A stretch of DNA of 64,000 nt from an uncultured Gemmatimonadales bacterium. GTDB taxonomy: Bacteria > Gemmatimonadota > Gemmatimonadetes > Longimicrobiales > Gaopeijiaceae. The translations under genes and the position numbers were made by a program. Below are positions 22,004 through 31,610 of the stretch, piece by piece (the stretch's first letter is position 1; every line of letters starts with the position of its first letter). A model generated the notes under the pieces. That model saw only the letters and a list, made by a program, of their open reading frames with translations, made no database searches and had not been told where the DNA came from. The stretch lies in contig CAWELD010000003.1 of the NCBI GenBank assembly GCA_963809895.1, forward strand, positions 3,488,001 to 3,552,000, in the 5' to 3' direction.

Positions 22004-22474
22004 TTAGCGCCGCTCGGCGGCGATCTGCTCGGCGAGCTTGTCCGCCACGCCCTGCAACGCCGTGATGTCGTCGTCGGTGAAGGCCGCTTCTTCGGAGCTG
22101 TCGATGTCGATCTGACCGAAGATCTCGTCGCCGGCCCGGATCAGGACCACCAGCTCGCTGCGCGTGTCCGGATCGCAAGCCAGGTAGTTCTCGACCTCGC
22201 TCACGTCGGGGACGTTGAGGTTGGACTTCTCGGCCACCGCCATACCGCAGACACCGGTTCCCACCGGGATCTTGGCGTGCTCCGTGGGGCTGCCCACGTA
22301 GTTGTGGAGCCAGAGCTCGTTCTTCTCTTCGTCCAGGAGGTAGACCCCGACCCAGTCGAAGCGCGGATCGGACTTCTCGACGTTCTTGACGGCATTGCGC
22401 AGCAGGGCGTCGGACAGATGCCCCTCGTCCCGCATGTCCTGCAGATCCATGATGATCTGGGTAGCGTCCAACAT
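22004..22474 (-). CDS. GAF-domain protein (free Met-R-sulfoxide reductase MsrC-like)
   Basis: DWVGVYL, IPVGTGVCG, NVPDV, YLACD..TRSELVV, IDIDS. Confidence 0.8.
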   Translation of the reverse strand: MLDATQIIMDLQDMRDEGHLSDALLRNAVKNVEKSDPRFDWVGVYLLDEEKNELWLHNYVGSPTEHAKIPVGTGVCGMAVAEKSNLNVPDVSEVENYLACDPDTRSELVVLIRAGDEIFGQIDIDSSEEAAFTDDDITALQGVADKLAEQIAAERR

Positions 22475-22618
22475 GTCGATCCTCGTGGCCGGAATCCAAT
22501 CGGTGCAGAGACGTGGAAAGGTGGACACGACCCGCGGGCGCGTCAATGGATGAAGGGGGCCGCCCGCGGTCTCACATCCGTCGTCGGTCCGCCACCGCTC
22601 GCGCGCCGTTCCGTCTCC

Positions 22619-23686
22619 TCAGCGCGGCGTGAAGTCGGTGCTTTCGTCGAGGCTGCGAATGAAGGCGCCGAGCAACCGGGCCGTGTTCTCCAGGTCCGAT
22701 AGGCTGACCAGCTCGTTGGGGGAGTGCATGTAGCGGTTGGGCACCGACACCAGTCCCGTGGGCACGCCCGCGCGGGTCAGGTGGATGCTGTCGGCGTCGG
22801 TGCGCGTGGCCCGCGGCGAAGCCTGCACGGTGTAGGGAATGTCCTCCGCCTCGGCCACCGCCACCAGCCGCTCGAAAACCACTGGATGGGCGGCCGACCC
22901 GCGGCTCAGCACCGGGCCACCACCGATCTTGTGGTCGCCCAGCTCCTTCTTGGGTACATCCGGGACGTCGGTGCTGAAGGTGACGTCCACCACCAACGCC
23001 ACGTCGGGCTCCAGCCGGAAGGCGCTCGAGCGCGCGCCGCCTCCCTGATAGCCGATCTCCTCCTGCGTGGTGGCCACCGCGAAGGCGCCGGCCGCCGCCG
23101 GCTCTCCAGCGAGGAGCCGCACCGCCTCCAGCACCACGTAGGCCCCGATGCGGTTGTCCACCGCCCGGCTTGCGATGCGGTCTCCGGCCAGCCGGATCAT
23201 GGGCTGGTCCAGGACCATGGAATCCCCCACTCGCAGCCCGAGCTCCGAGACCTCGTCGCGGGACCCGGCGCCGACGTCGACCCACAGCTCCTTGATCTTG
23301 GAGGCCTTGCTACGCTCGTCCTCCTGCATCAGGTGGATCGCCTTCTTGCCCACCACCCCCGGCACCTCGCCTTCGCTGCCCAGGATGCGCACCCGCTGCC
23401 CCACCAGCACCTGCGGATCCCAGCCTCCGATGCCGTCCACGTAGAGGTAGCCCTCGTCGTCGACGTGCGTTACCTGGAGACCGATCTCGTCGATGTGGCC
23501 GGCGAGCATGACCCGAGGGCGGCCGTCCGGGTTGAGGGCCGCCACGGAGTTGCCGCTCACGTCCACGTCTACACGGTCCGCGAAGGTCTCGGCCTCTTCG
23601 CGCCAGGTGCGCGCGGGTCGGACCTCGAAGCCCGAGGGCCCGGGGGCGTCCAGCAGGCGAGCGAGGAAATCGGTGTTCATGGGCAC
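22619..23686 (-). CDS. M42 family metallo-aminopeptidase
   Basis: GPSGFE, GHIDEIG, VDNRIG, TQEEIG, RYMHSPNE. Confidence 0.92.
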   Translation of the reverse strand: MPMNTDFLARLLDAPGPSGFEVRPARTWREEAETFADRVDVDVSGNSVAALNPDGRPRVMLAGHIDEIGLQVTHVDDEGYLYVDGIGGWDPQVLVGQRVRILGSEGEVPGVVGKKAIHLMQEDERSKASKIKELWVDVGAGSRDEVSELGLRVGDSMVLDQPMIRLAGDRIASRAVDNRIGAYVVLEAVRLLAGEPAAAGAFAVATTQEEIGYQGGGARSSAFRLEPDVALVVDVTFSTDVPDVPKKELGDHKIGGGPVLSRGSAAHPVVFERLVAVAEAEDIPYTVQASPRATRTDADSIHLTRAGVPTGLVSVPNRYMHSPNELVSLSDLENTARLLGAFIRSLDESTDFTPR

Positions 23687-23851
23687 GGCTCTTGGCTGTC
23701 GTTCGAAGAAGGGTGCTGCACCCGCGCCGGCCCGCGGACTCGAGGGCGACGCGGTCGCGCCACTACACTAGGTGCAAGCGCGGGCGTCGTCGATGGGTGG
23801 GTGGGACGAGGGGGAAAGCGCAGCCTCGGTGGGCCGCCTTCGCCGCTCGGG

Positions 23852-24343
23852 TCAATCCCGGTACCCGCCGTCGATCTCGTGACGCGGGTCGAGCTCGCGA
23901 TCCCCCGACTCCTCCTCGGCCTGGACGCCGAAGGGATGGATGCCGCCGGGATCCAGGACGGTGACCCGGAGCTGGCCCGACGCCACACTGGACTCGAGCC
24001 AGTGGCGCACCCGGCGTTGGATCCAGCGCCGGGTGGGTGGCAGCAGAAGAAGAAAGCCGGTCACGTCGGTGAGCAGTCCGGGCGTCAGGAGGAAGGCGCC
24101 TCCGATCAGCACGGCGAGGCCGTCGAGGGCAGCGTCACCGGGCATGCGGCCGGCGGCGAGCTCGGAGCGGAAACGGTTCAGCGCCCGCAGTCCCTGGGCC
24201 CGGGCCAGCGCCGCCCCGAGCACCCCGGTGGTGACCACCAGCGCCATGGTGGGCCAGAATCCCACGACCTGGCCGATCTGCACGAGCAGGGCCAGCTCCA
24301 GGATGGGCACCACGACGAAGAGGAGCGCGAGTCGTCCGAGCAT
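23852..24343 (-). CDS. fxsA: FxsA family membrane protein
   Basis: FVVVPILELALL, ARAQG, LLTPGLLTD..G.LLLLPPTR. Confidence 0.9.
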   Translation of the reverse strand: MLGRLALLFVVVPILELALLVQIGQVVGFWPTMALVVTTGVLGAALARAQGLRALNRFRSELAAGRMPGDAALDGLAVLIGGAFLLTPGLLTDVTGFLLLLPPTRRWIQRRVRHWLESSVASGQLRVTVLDPGGIHPFGVQAEEESGDRELDPRHEIDGGYRD

Positions 24344-24524
24344 GTGCTGCACTACCCGCAGCCGGGTCGCGCGGTCCGCACACACGGGGCGTCCGGGAAC
24401 CCGGCCGTGCGCCCGGTGTTCGTGCAGGGGCGCCGTTGATCCCCCCGGGCGCCTTCGTCACCTTGTGGTTCGGTTTCCAGCCGAAGGACGGCGACGGACG
24501 GCCCCCATTTCCGCTGAACGCCCC

Positions 24525-25766
24525 ATGGAGCAGACCTACTTTCGCAAGGGCTTCGGTCTCAAGTCCGAGGTGAAGCCCCTCATCGACGCCGAGTACCACT
24601 CGGCGGTCGTCGAGCGCATCCGCTCACGGGGTTACAGCGACACCTTCGGCGACGTGACGGTCCGGCTGGCGCAGGAGTTCGGCTTCTGCTACGGGGTGGA
24701 CCGGGCGGTGGACTACGCCTACGAAACCGTGCACAAGTTCCCGGACAAGCGCATCTACCTGGTGGGGGAGATCATCCACAATCCCCACGTGAACAAGCGC
24801 ATGACCGAGATGGGGATCCGCTTCGTCTACCCCCGTGACGACGGCACCTTCGACTTCTCGGAGATCACCGCCGAGGACGTGGTCCTGCTGCCGGCCTTCG
24901 GCGTCACGATCCACGCCTTCGAAGACCTGAAGGCCATCGGTTGTGTCCTCGTGGACACGACCTGCGGCTCGGTGCTGCACGTGTGGAAGCGGGTGGAGGG
25001 ATACGCCCGCGACGGCTTCACCGCGCTGATCCACGGGAAGTACCGGCACGAGGAGTCCCGGGCCACCGCGTCGCAGGCGCTCAAGTACGACGGCGGACGC
25101 TATCTGATCGTGCGCGACATGGACGAAGCCGCCCTGGTTTGCGACTACATCGCGGACCGCCCGGGCCACCTGAGCCGCACGGCGTTCATACAGCACTTCG
25201 GACACAAGGCCTCGGAGGGCTTCGATCCGGACCTGGATCTGCAGCGGATCGGCGTGGCCAACCAGACCACCATGCTCGCCAACGAGTCGCTGGCCATCGG
25301 CGCACGGGTCCGGGAGGCCATGGTGGAGCGCTTCGGTGAAGAGCACGCCTCGGAGCACTACCGATCCTTCGGTACCATCTGCTCCGCCACCCAGGAGCGT
25401 CAGGACGCCATCAAGGAGATGATGAAGGATCCCCCGGACATCATGGTGGTGATCGGCGGGTACAACTCGTCCAACACGAACCACCTGGCCCACCTGTGCC
25501 GGGAATACACGACGACGTACCACGTCGAGGATGCGGCCTGCATCGACGTGGAAGCGGGCACCATCCGCCACAAGCCCGAGCTGGCGGCCACGGCACCCGA
25601 GCGCACGGAAACCGCGTGGCTCCCGCGGGAGCCCTTCTCGCTGGGCATCACCGCCGGGGCCTCCACGCCCAACAACAAGATCGGCGAGGCCATCGTACGG
25701 GTGCTGGAGATCCGGGGGGTGGCGCTGGACCAGGGCGGGCCGGCACCGGCGGACGTTCCGGGCTGA
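24525..25766 (+). CDS. ispH: 4-hydroxy-3-methylbut-2-enyl diphosphate reductase
   Basis: GFCYGVDRA, IIHNP, DTTC, NQTT, TICSATQERQ, SSNT, ITAGASTP. Confidence 0.95.
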   Translation: MEQTYFRKGFGLKSEVKPLIDAEYHSAVVERIRSRGYSDTFGDVTVRLAQEFGFCYGVDRAVDYAYETVHKFPDKRIYLVGEIIHNPHVNKRMTEMGIRFVYPRDDGTFDFSEITAEDVVLLPAFGVTIHAFEDLKAIGCVLVDTTCGSVLHVWKRVEGYARDGFTALIHGKYRHEESRATASQALKYDGGRYLIVRDMDEAALVCDYIADRPGHLSRTAFIQHFGHKASEGFDPDLDLQRIGVANQTTMLANESLAIGARVREAMVERFGEEHASEHYRSFGTICSATQERQDAIKEMMKDPPDIMVVIGGYNSSNTNHLAHLCREYTTTYHVEDAACIDVEAGTIRHKPELAATAPERTETAWLPREPFSLGITAGASTPNNKIGEAIVRVLEIRGVALDQGGPAPADVPG

Positions 25767-25788
25767 GCCCCGGCAGCCCGGCTCAGCC
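25761..25788. terminator. hairpin between convergent ispH and marR
   Basis: GGCTGAGCC-N10-GGCTCAGCC inverted repeat overlapping both stop codons; no U-tract. Confidence 0.35.
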
Positions 25789-26262
25789 GGGGTCGTTGCC
25801 CATCCCCTTCCCGAGGCACTTGAGTAGCCCCCGGAGGTCGTCCTGCTCCTGGCCCGAGAGGTGGGACACCGCGTCACGCACGAAGGCCGCGTGCCCCGGA
25901 AAGACCTCCGCGATGAGCTCCCGGCCCTGAGCGGTCAGGTTGGCTTTCACCACGCGGCGGTCGTCGTCGGATCGTTCCCGGAAGACCAACCCCTGGTCCT
26001 CGAGACGATCCATGACGTAGGTGACGTTGCCGCCGGTGACGAGCAGTTTGTCCGCCAGCTCGCCCAGCGACAGGGGTCCCAGGTGATGCAGGGCCTCCAG
26101 GACGCCGAACTGGGGCGTGGTCAGCCCGTATTCCGCCACCCGCGCGGCCACCTCTCGTGAGAAGGTCGAATAGGCGCGGGCCAGGGCGATCCACAGGCGT
26201 AGCGCCCGTTCCTCGTCGTCCGACCAGGTGCGATTCGAAGGCTTCCGTTCCTTCTCGCTCAT
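25783..26262 (-). CDS. MarR family transcriptional regulator
   Basis: GLTTPQFGVLEAL, GNVTYVMDRLE..GLV.R...DDRR..LT..G. Confidence 0.92.
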   Translation of the reverse strand: MSEKERKPSNRTWSDDEERALRLWIALARAYSTFSREVAARVAEYGLTTPQFGVLEALHHLGPLSLGELADKLLVTGGNVTYVMDRLEDQGLVFRERSDDDRRVVKANLTAQGRELIAEVFPGHAAFVRDAVSHLSGQEQDDLRGLLKCLGKGMGNDPG

Positions 26263-26285
26263 GGCCTCGGCCTCTCCTGGGCGGG

Positions 26286-27701
26286 TCAGATGTGGATGGC
26301 GCGCCCCAGCGCCTGCAGAGCGCCTTCGCCCACACCTTCAGAGAGCGTGGGGTGGGGGTGCATGGCCCGCTCCATCTCTTCGACGGTGGACTCGAGGTGG
26401 CGTCCCAGCACGAACTCGGCGATGAGCTCGGTGGCGTGCGGCCCCACGATGTGCGCGCCCAGGATCTCCGAGTAGCGCGTGTCCCGGACGATCTTCACGA
26501 AGCCCTCGGTGTGACCCATGGCCACGGCTCGTCCGATGGCCACCCACGGCAGCTTGCCCACCTCGATGTCGTAGCCCTGCTCGCGTGCCTCGGCCTCGGT
26601 GAGGCCCACCGACGCCACCTCGGGATGGCAGTAGGTGCAGTTGGGCACGTTGGCGTAGTCCACCGTGTGGTGGCCCACGCCCGCGATGTGCTCCACGCAG
26701 GCGACGCCTTCGTGCATGGCCTTGTGAGCCAGGAGCTGGCGTCCGGCCATGTCACCGATGGCGTAGATGCCGTCCACGTTGGTGCGCATGTACTCGTCCA
26801 CCACCACGAAGCCGCGCTCGTCGGTTTTCACCCCGGCGGCGTCCAGCCCCACGTCTTCGGTGTTCGGGACCCGACCGACGGCGGACAGGACGTAGTCGAC
26901 CTTCATCTCGTGGACCTCGCCCTTCTTGTCTTTGAAGGTCACGGCCACGCCGTCGTCCTGGATGTCGGCCGATTCGAAGCGTGCACCGGTGTGGATGTCG
27001 ATGCCACGCTTCTTGTAGGTGCGCTCCATGAACCTGGAGACCTCTTCGTCCTCCAGCGGCAGGATGCGCTCCAGCGCCTCCACCAGGGTGACCCTGGTTC
27101 CGAAGGCGCTGTAGATGTCCGCGAACTCCATGCCGATGGCGCCGGCCCCCACGATGAACAGGCTCTCGGGCGCGGATTCCTGGTAGAGGGCGCCCGTGGA
27201 CGACCACACCCTGTCCTCATCGATCTTGAGCGTCGGAAGATCCCGGGGACGGGAGCCGGTGGCCAGGATCACGTGCGGCGCCTCGAGGGCGCGCTTGTCG
27301 CCGTCGGCATCGACCTCGACCCGGCCCTTGGCGACGAGACGACCGTACCCTTTGACGTGCGTGATCTTGTTCTTCTTGAAGAGGCCACCGACGCCGCGGT
27401 TGAGCTGATCGGCCACCGCACGGCTCCGCTTCTGGGCCGGGCCCAGGTCGAAGGTCATGGCCTCGGCCATGATGCCGTGCCTCTCGCTCTCCTTCATCTC
27501 GTTCACCATGAAGGCGCTGGTGAGCAGAGCCTTCGTGGGAATGCAGCCGATGTTCAGGCAGACGCCGCCGAGCTTTTCCGCCTCGACGCACGCCACGTTC
27601 ATGCCGAGCTGGGCCGCCCGGATCGCGGCCACGTAGCCGCCCGGCCCACTGCCCACCACGATCAGATCGAAGGAATTCTGCTCTCCGTTCTCGCCCGCCA
27701 C
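26286..27701 (-). CDS. lpdA: dihydrolipoyl dehydrogenase (E3)
   Basis: GSGPGGYVAA, GGVCLNIGCIPTK, GAGAIGMEFA, HPHPTLSE; GTG start with GAGG RBS. Confidence 0.95.
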   Translation of the reverse strand: MAGENGEQNSFDLIVVGSGPGGYVAAIRAAQLGMNVACVEAEKLGGVCLNIGCIPTKALLTSAFMVNEMKESERHGIMAEAMTFDLGPAQKRSRAVADQLNRGVGGLFKKNKITHVKGYGRLVAKGRVEVDADGDKRALEAPHVILATGSRPRDLPTLKIDEDRVWSSTGALYQESAPESLFIVGAGAIGMEFADIYSAFGTRVTLVEALERILPLEDEEVSRFMERTYKKRGIDIHTGARFESADIQDDGVAVTFKDKKGEVHEMKVDYVLSAVGRVPNTEDVGLDAAGVKTDERGFVVVDEYMRTNVDGIYAIGDMAGRQLLAHKAMHEGVACVEHIAGVGHHTVDYANVPNCTYCHPEVASVGLTEAEAREQGYDIEVGKLPWVAIGRAVAMGHTEGFVKIVRDTRYSEILGAHIVGPHATELIAEFVLGRHLESTVEEMERAMHPHPTLSEGVGEGALQALGRAIHI

Positions 27702-27927
27702 GTTGGCACCTCTCGGTTGAAGCCGGCCACAGGCCGACGCGTATACAGCTCGGGTGGCACGGAGCCACGCCGCTGCGGCCCCGGCCTGATTGGGTTCAGA
27801 GCGCTGGAAGGTAGGCCGGCCCGGCCCCCCAAGTAAACCCCGCACCCCACCGGAGCGTGCCCTTTCGGAGGGAGAGGTGGTGGGTCTATCATCGAACGAA
27901 ATTCCCCTCTCTCAGCGAGGTCCCGAC

Positions 27928-28488
27928 ATGTGGGAGATCGCCGTCGTAGCAGTCCTGTTGCTGGGTGGCGTGGCCATCTACAACTCTCTGGTCAAGCTCC
28001 GTGAGCAGGCCGACGGCGCCTGGGCGGACGTCGATGTGCAGCTCAAGCGCCGCTACGACCTGATCCCGAACCTGGTCGAGACGGTCAAAGGCTACGCGAC
28101 CCACGAGAAGGGCACGCTGGAGGCGGTGATCCAGGCCCGGGCGGCCGCTATGGCCGCGCCGGGTCCGGCGGCCAAGGGCGTGGCCGAGGGACAGCTCGCC
28201 GGCGCCCTCAAGTCGCTCTTCGCCGTCTCCGAAGACTATCCGGATCTGAGGGCGTCGGAGAACTTCCGACAGCTGCAGGGCACCCTGGCGGAGCTGGAAG
28301 ACCACATCCAGAAGGCGCGCCGTTACTACAACGCCGTGATCCGGGACTACAACACACGCATCGCCCAGGTCCCGTCGAACGTCGTGGCGAGGTCGTTCGG
28401 CTTCCGCGAGCGGGAGTTCTTCGAGATGCCCGAGGCCGAGCGGGCCGCGCCCCGCGTGAGCTTCGACGAGTCCCCGGACCAGTCCTGA
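27928..28488 (+). CDS. lemA: LemA family protein
   Basis: TM helix, [43 protein letters not shown]. Confidence 0.95.
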   Translation: MWEIAVVAVLLLGGVAIYNSLVKLREQADGAWADVDVQLKRRYDLIPNLVETVKGYATHEKGTLEAVIQARAAAMAAPGPAAKGVAEGQLAGALKSLFAVSEDYPDLRASENFRQLQGTLAELEDHIQKARRYYNAVIRDYNTRIAQVPSNVVARSFGFREREFFEMPEAERAAPRVSFDESPDQS

Positions 28489-28493
28489 GCAGC

Positions 28494-30248
28494 GTGACAC
28501 GACCCGGGCCCCGGGGCCGCCGGCGTCGGATTCTCGTCGGGCTCGCGCTGGCCTTGCCGGCCCTGCTGGCGCCGCGGCCTGCCGCAGCCCAGGAGCGCCG
28601 GCTCTCGCTGGAGTCCTTCAACGCCACGCTCACCGTCGAGCCTTCCGGCCTGCTGGACGTCCTGGAGGAGCTCCAGTTCCGCTTCGACGGAAGCTGGAAC
28701 GGCGTCTTCCGGACCATCCCCGTGCGCTACGACATGGGGTCGGAGATCCACCGGGTCCGTCTCGACGTCGTCGACGTGCGGGGAGGCGACGGAAGCGAGT
28801 TGCGTTACGAGACCTCGCGGCAGGGCGCCTATCGCAAGGTGAAGATCTGGGTGCCGGGCGCCTCCGACGCCACGCGCACGGTGGTCCTCCACTACCGGGT
28901 CCGCGACGCGCTGCGTTTCTTCGAGAACCACGACGAGCTCTACTGGAACGTCACCGGAAACGAGTGGGACTTTCCCGTGGGGCGCGCCTCGGCGCGGGTC
29001 GTGCTTCCCGACGGTGCCACGGGCCGGCGGGCCACGGCGTACACCGGGACCTACGGCGCCCGGGGAGAGGACGCCTCCGTCACGGAAATAGAGGAGGGAT
29101 ACTATTTCCAGACCACGAATCCCCTGGAGTTCCGCGAGGGGCTCACCGTGGTCGTGGGATGGGATCCCGGGCTCGTGCACCGACCCTCGGCGCTGGAGCG
29201 GGCGCTCCGGGCCGGCGTCTTCCTCCTCATCTTCCCGCTCATCAGCCTCGTGGGGATGTGGCGCCTCTGGTCGGCTCGCGGCAGGGATCCGGAGCGCCGG
29301 CCCGTGGCACCCCGCTACGAGCCCCCCGGAGGGATGACCCCCGCCGAGGTCGGCACCCTGGTGGACAACTCCCCCGACATGCGCGACTTCACGGCCACCA
29401 TCGTGGACCTGGCGGTTCGCGGGTACCTGCGCATCGAGGAAGAGGAGCGTTCCGGCCTGGTCAAGATCTTCTCGAGGCAGGAATACACCTTCCATCGGCT
29501 CAAGGAGGCGGGTCCCGAGCTCAAGCCCCACGAGACGGCCCTCCTGGATGCCCTCTTCTCCGGTGGGATCCGCTCCGTGGTCTCCACGAGCGAACTGGAA
29601 CATGAATTCTACAAGGAGATTCCGGGGCTCAAACACGCCGTGTTCCGGCTCCTCCTGGAATCCGGCGACTACCGGAATCGTCCGGACAAGGTGCTGCAGA
29701 CCTGGCTGGTCGTCGGCGTGCTGGCATGCATCCTGGCCACGGTGGGGCTGGTGGTGGTGGCCAGCGCCCGCGGCTACGACATGCCCTTTGCCCTGGCCGG
29801 CGGCATCGGGTTCGGTCTACCGGTGCTGATCTTCGGCGTCCTCATGCCGGCCCGCACCGTGTCCGGGACCCGACGGCTCGAGGAGATCCTGGGCTTCGAG
29901 GAGTTCCTGGACCGGGTGGAGTCCGATCGCTTCCGGCGCATGATCAAGGGCCCCGAGCAGTTCGAGGCCTTCCTGCCCTACGCCATGGCGCTGAGCGTCG
30001 AGGAGCGCTGGGCCCGGGCCTTCGAGGATCTCTACACCGAGCCCCCGACCTGGTACACAGGCCGCTACCCCGGCACGTTCCGGCCTAGCATGCTGGTCTC
30101 GAACCTGAGCACCATGTCCACGCGGGCGAGCTCCGCCATGTCGTCGGCGCCCCGCAGCAGCGGCGGGTCCGGATTCAGCAGCGGCGGGGGCGGGGGCGGC
30201 GGCTTCAGCGGGGGCGGGTTCGGCGGCGGGGGCGGCGGGGGGTTCTAG
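28494..30248 (+). CDS. DUF2207 family membrane protein
   Basis: [25 protein letters not shown], Gly/Ser-rich C-terminus; classic lemA partner. Confidence 0.88.
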   Translation: MTRPGPRGRRRRILVGLALALPALLAPRPAAAQERRLSLESFNATLTVEPSGLLDVLEELQFRFDGSWNGVFRTIPVRYDMGSEIHRVRLDVVDVRGGDGSELRYETSRQGAYRKVKIWVPGASDATRTVVLHYRVRDALRFFENHDELYWNVTGNEWDFPVGRASARVVLPDGATGRRATAYTGTYGARGEDASVTEIEEGYYFQTTNPLEFREGLTVVVGWDPGLVHRPSALERALRAGVFLLIFPLISLVGMWRLWSARGRDPERRPVAPRYEPPGGMTPAEVGTLVDNSPDMRDFTATIVDLAVRGYLRIEEEERSGLVKIFSRQEYTFHRLKEAGPELKPHETALLDALFSGGIRSVVSTSELEHEFYKEIPGLKHAVFRLLLESGDYRNRPDKVLQTWLVVGVLACILATVGLVVVASARGYDMPFALAGGIGFGLPVLIFGVLMPARTVSGTRRLEEILGFEEFLDRVESDRFRRMIKGPEQFEAFLPYAMALSVEERWARAFEDLYTEPPTWYTGRYPGTFRPSMLVSNLSTMSTRASSAMSSAPRSSGGSGFSSGGGGGGGFSGGGFGGGGGGGF

Positions 30249-31594
30249 CCGCCTCCTGGCGCCGCGAGCCAGTCGTCCCAGAACGCCGGGTCACCGTCGA
30301 TGCCCGCGGCAGGCTCCAGACCCAGAAGCCGGGCCACCAGCGGATAGACCTGCACGTTCTCGAAGGGGGGTATCTCGCGTCCCTTCGCCAGGCCGGGTCC
30401 GGCACCCACGAAGAGGGCGCGCATGCTCAGGAATGCCGGATCCCAGCCGTGCGTGAATCCGCCCCGCGGTGCACCGGAGCGCACGGGGATCACCACCCAG
30501 CCCGAGTCGGGCATGAGGACCAGGTCGCCGATACGTGGATTGTCCCGGTAGTGGAGCCGCGCCGGAGTCTCGTTGGGGAGGAAGGCCCGCACGTGGGGCA
30601 GGTCGCGATCGATGCGGTCCCGTATTTCGCGGACGCGAGCCGGACCTCCGTCCACCCAGACGTTGGCATCGGGGCCCGATTCGGGTACCCGTAGACCCTC
30701 CATGGACACGACGTCCTCGAGAAAGACCGTGGTGGCCGGGGTGTAGCCGTCCATCCCGTGGTCCGCCATGACCAGGACGTTCACACGCTCCCCGAAGGAG
30801 AGCGCCCGCAAGCTGTCCAGGAGCTGTCCCACCACACCGTCCAGCTTCGCCACGGCCGCCCGCAGCTCGGGGCTGTCCGGCCCGAACTCGTGTCCGGCGT
30901 TGTCGGTGTCGGAGAAGTAGAGCGTCACCAGGTGGGGGCGCCGCTCCGGCGGCAGGCGCAGCCACGACAGGACGCGCTCCACCCTCGTCTCGTCGGGCAC
31001 CTCCTCGTCGTAACGCTCCCAGTAACTGGGGCGCACGCCCCCGATGGCCGCCTCCGAGCCCACCCAGAACATGGACGCCGCCACCATCCCCTGCTTCTCG
31101 GCCGTGACCCACAGGGGCTCACCACCGTACCAGCTTCCATCTTCGACAGCGCCACGGTCGGCGATACGGTAGGTGGCGTCGCGCTCCGGGTCGAAGAAGG
31201 TGTTCGCCACCAGACCGTGATGCGCCGGGTAGAGGCCCGTCACGAGGGTGTAGTGGTTGGGGAAGGTCTTGCTGGGATACGACGGGATCATCCCGTCGCG
31301 GGCCCAGATGCCGCTCCGCCCCAGCGCTTCGAGCCTGGGCGGGTGCAGCTCGGTGACGTAGCGCGACGCGAAGCCGTCCAGCGAGACCATCACCACATAG
31401 GGGGCGTCGCGCCACCGGGGCGCGTTGATCCCCCCGGACGCGGCCCGGGCATCGGCCGTCGGGATCGGCGTCGCGGAATCCCGGGGCCCGGACGGTCCGC
31501 AGGCGGCGATGACCACGCACCCCAGGACCGCCGCGGTCCAGCGGCGCATCCGCCGCCTCACGGAGCGCGCCCCCGCCGGGAGCCTGGGAGCCAT
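30245..31594 (-). CDS. ectonucleotide pyrophosphatase/phosphodiesterase (AlkP family) lipoprotein
   Basis: [37 protein letters not shown]; lipobox IAAC; start may be about 31549. Confidence 0.9.
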   Translation of the reverse strand: MAPRLPAGARSVRRRMRRWTAAVLGCVVIAACGPSGPRDSATPIPTADARAASGGINAPRWRDAPYVVMVSLDGFASRYVTELHPPRLEALGRSGIWARDGMIPSYPSKTFPNHYTLVTGLYPAHHGLVANTFFDPERDATYRIADRGAVEDGSWYGGEPLWVTAEKQGMVAASMFWVGSEAAIGGVRPSYWERYDEEVPDETRVERVLSWLRLPPERRPHLVTLYFSDTDNAGHEFGPDSPELRAAVAKLDGVVGQLLDSLRALSFGERVNVLVMADHGMDGYTPATTVFLEDVVSMEGLRVPESGPDANVWVDGGPARVREIRDRIDRDLPHVRAFLPNETPARLHYRDNPRIGDLVLMPDSGWVVIPVRSGAPRGGFTHGWDPAFLSMRALFVGAGPGLAKGREIPPFENVQVYPLVARLLGLEPAAGIDGDPAFWDDWLAAPGGG

Positions 31595-31610
31595 GGTCGC
31601 GGTGCCGCTG

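Noticed and set aside
30161..30245. GGC-rich tandem-like repeat
   Set aside because: Encodes the normal Gly/Ser tail of DUF2207 proteins.
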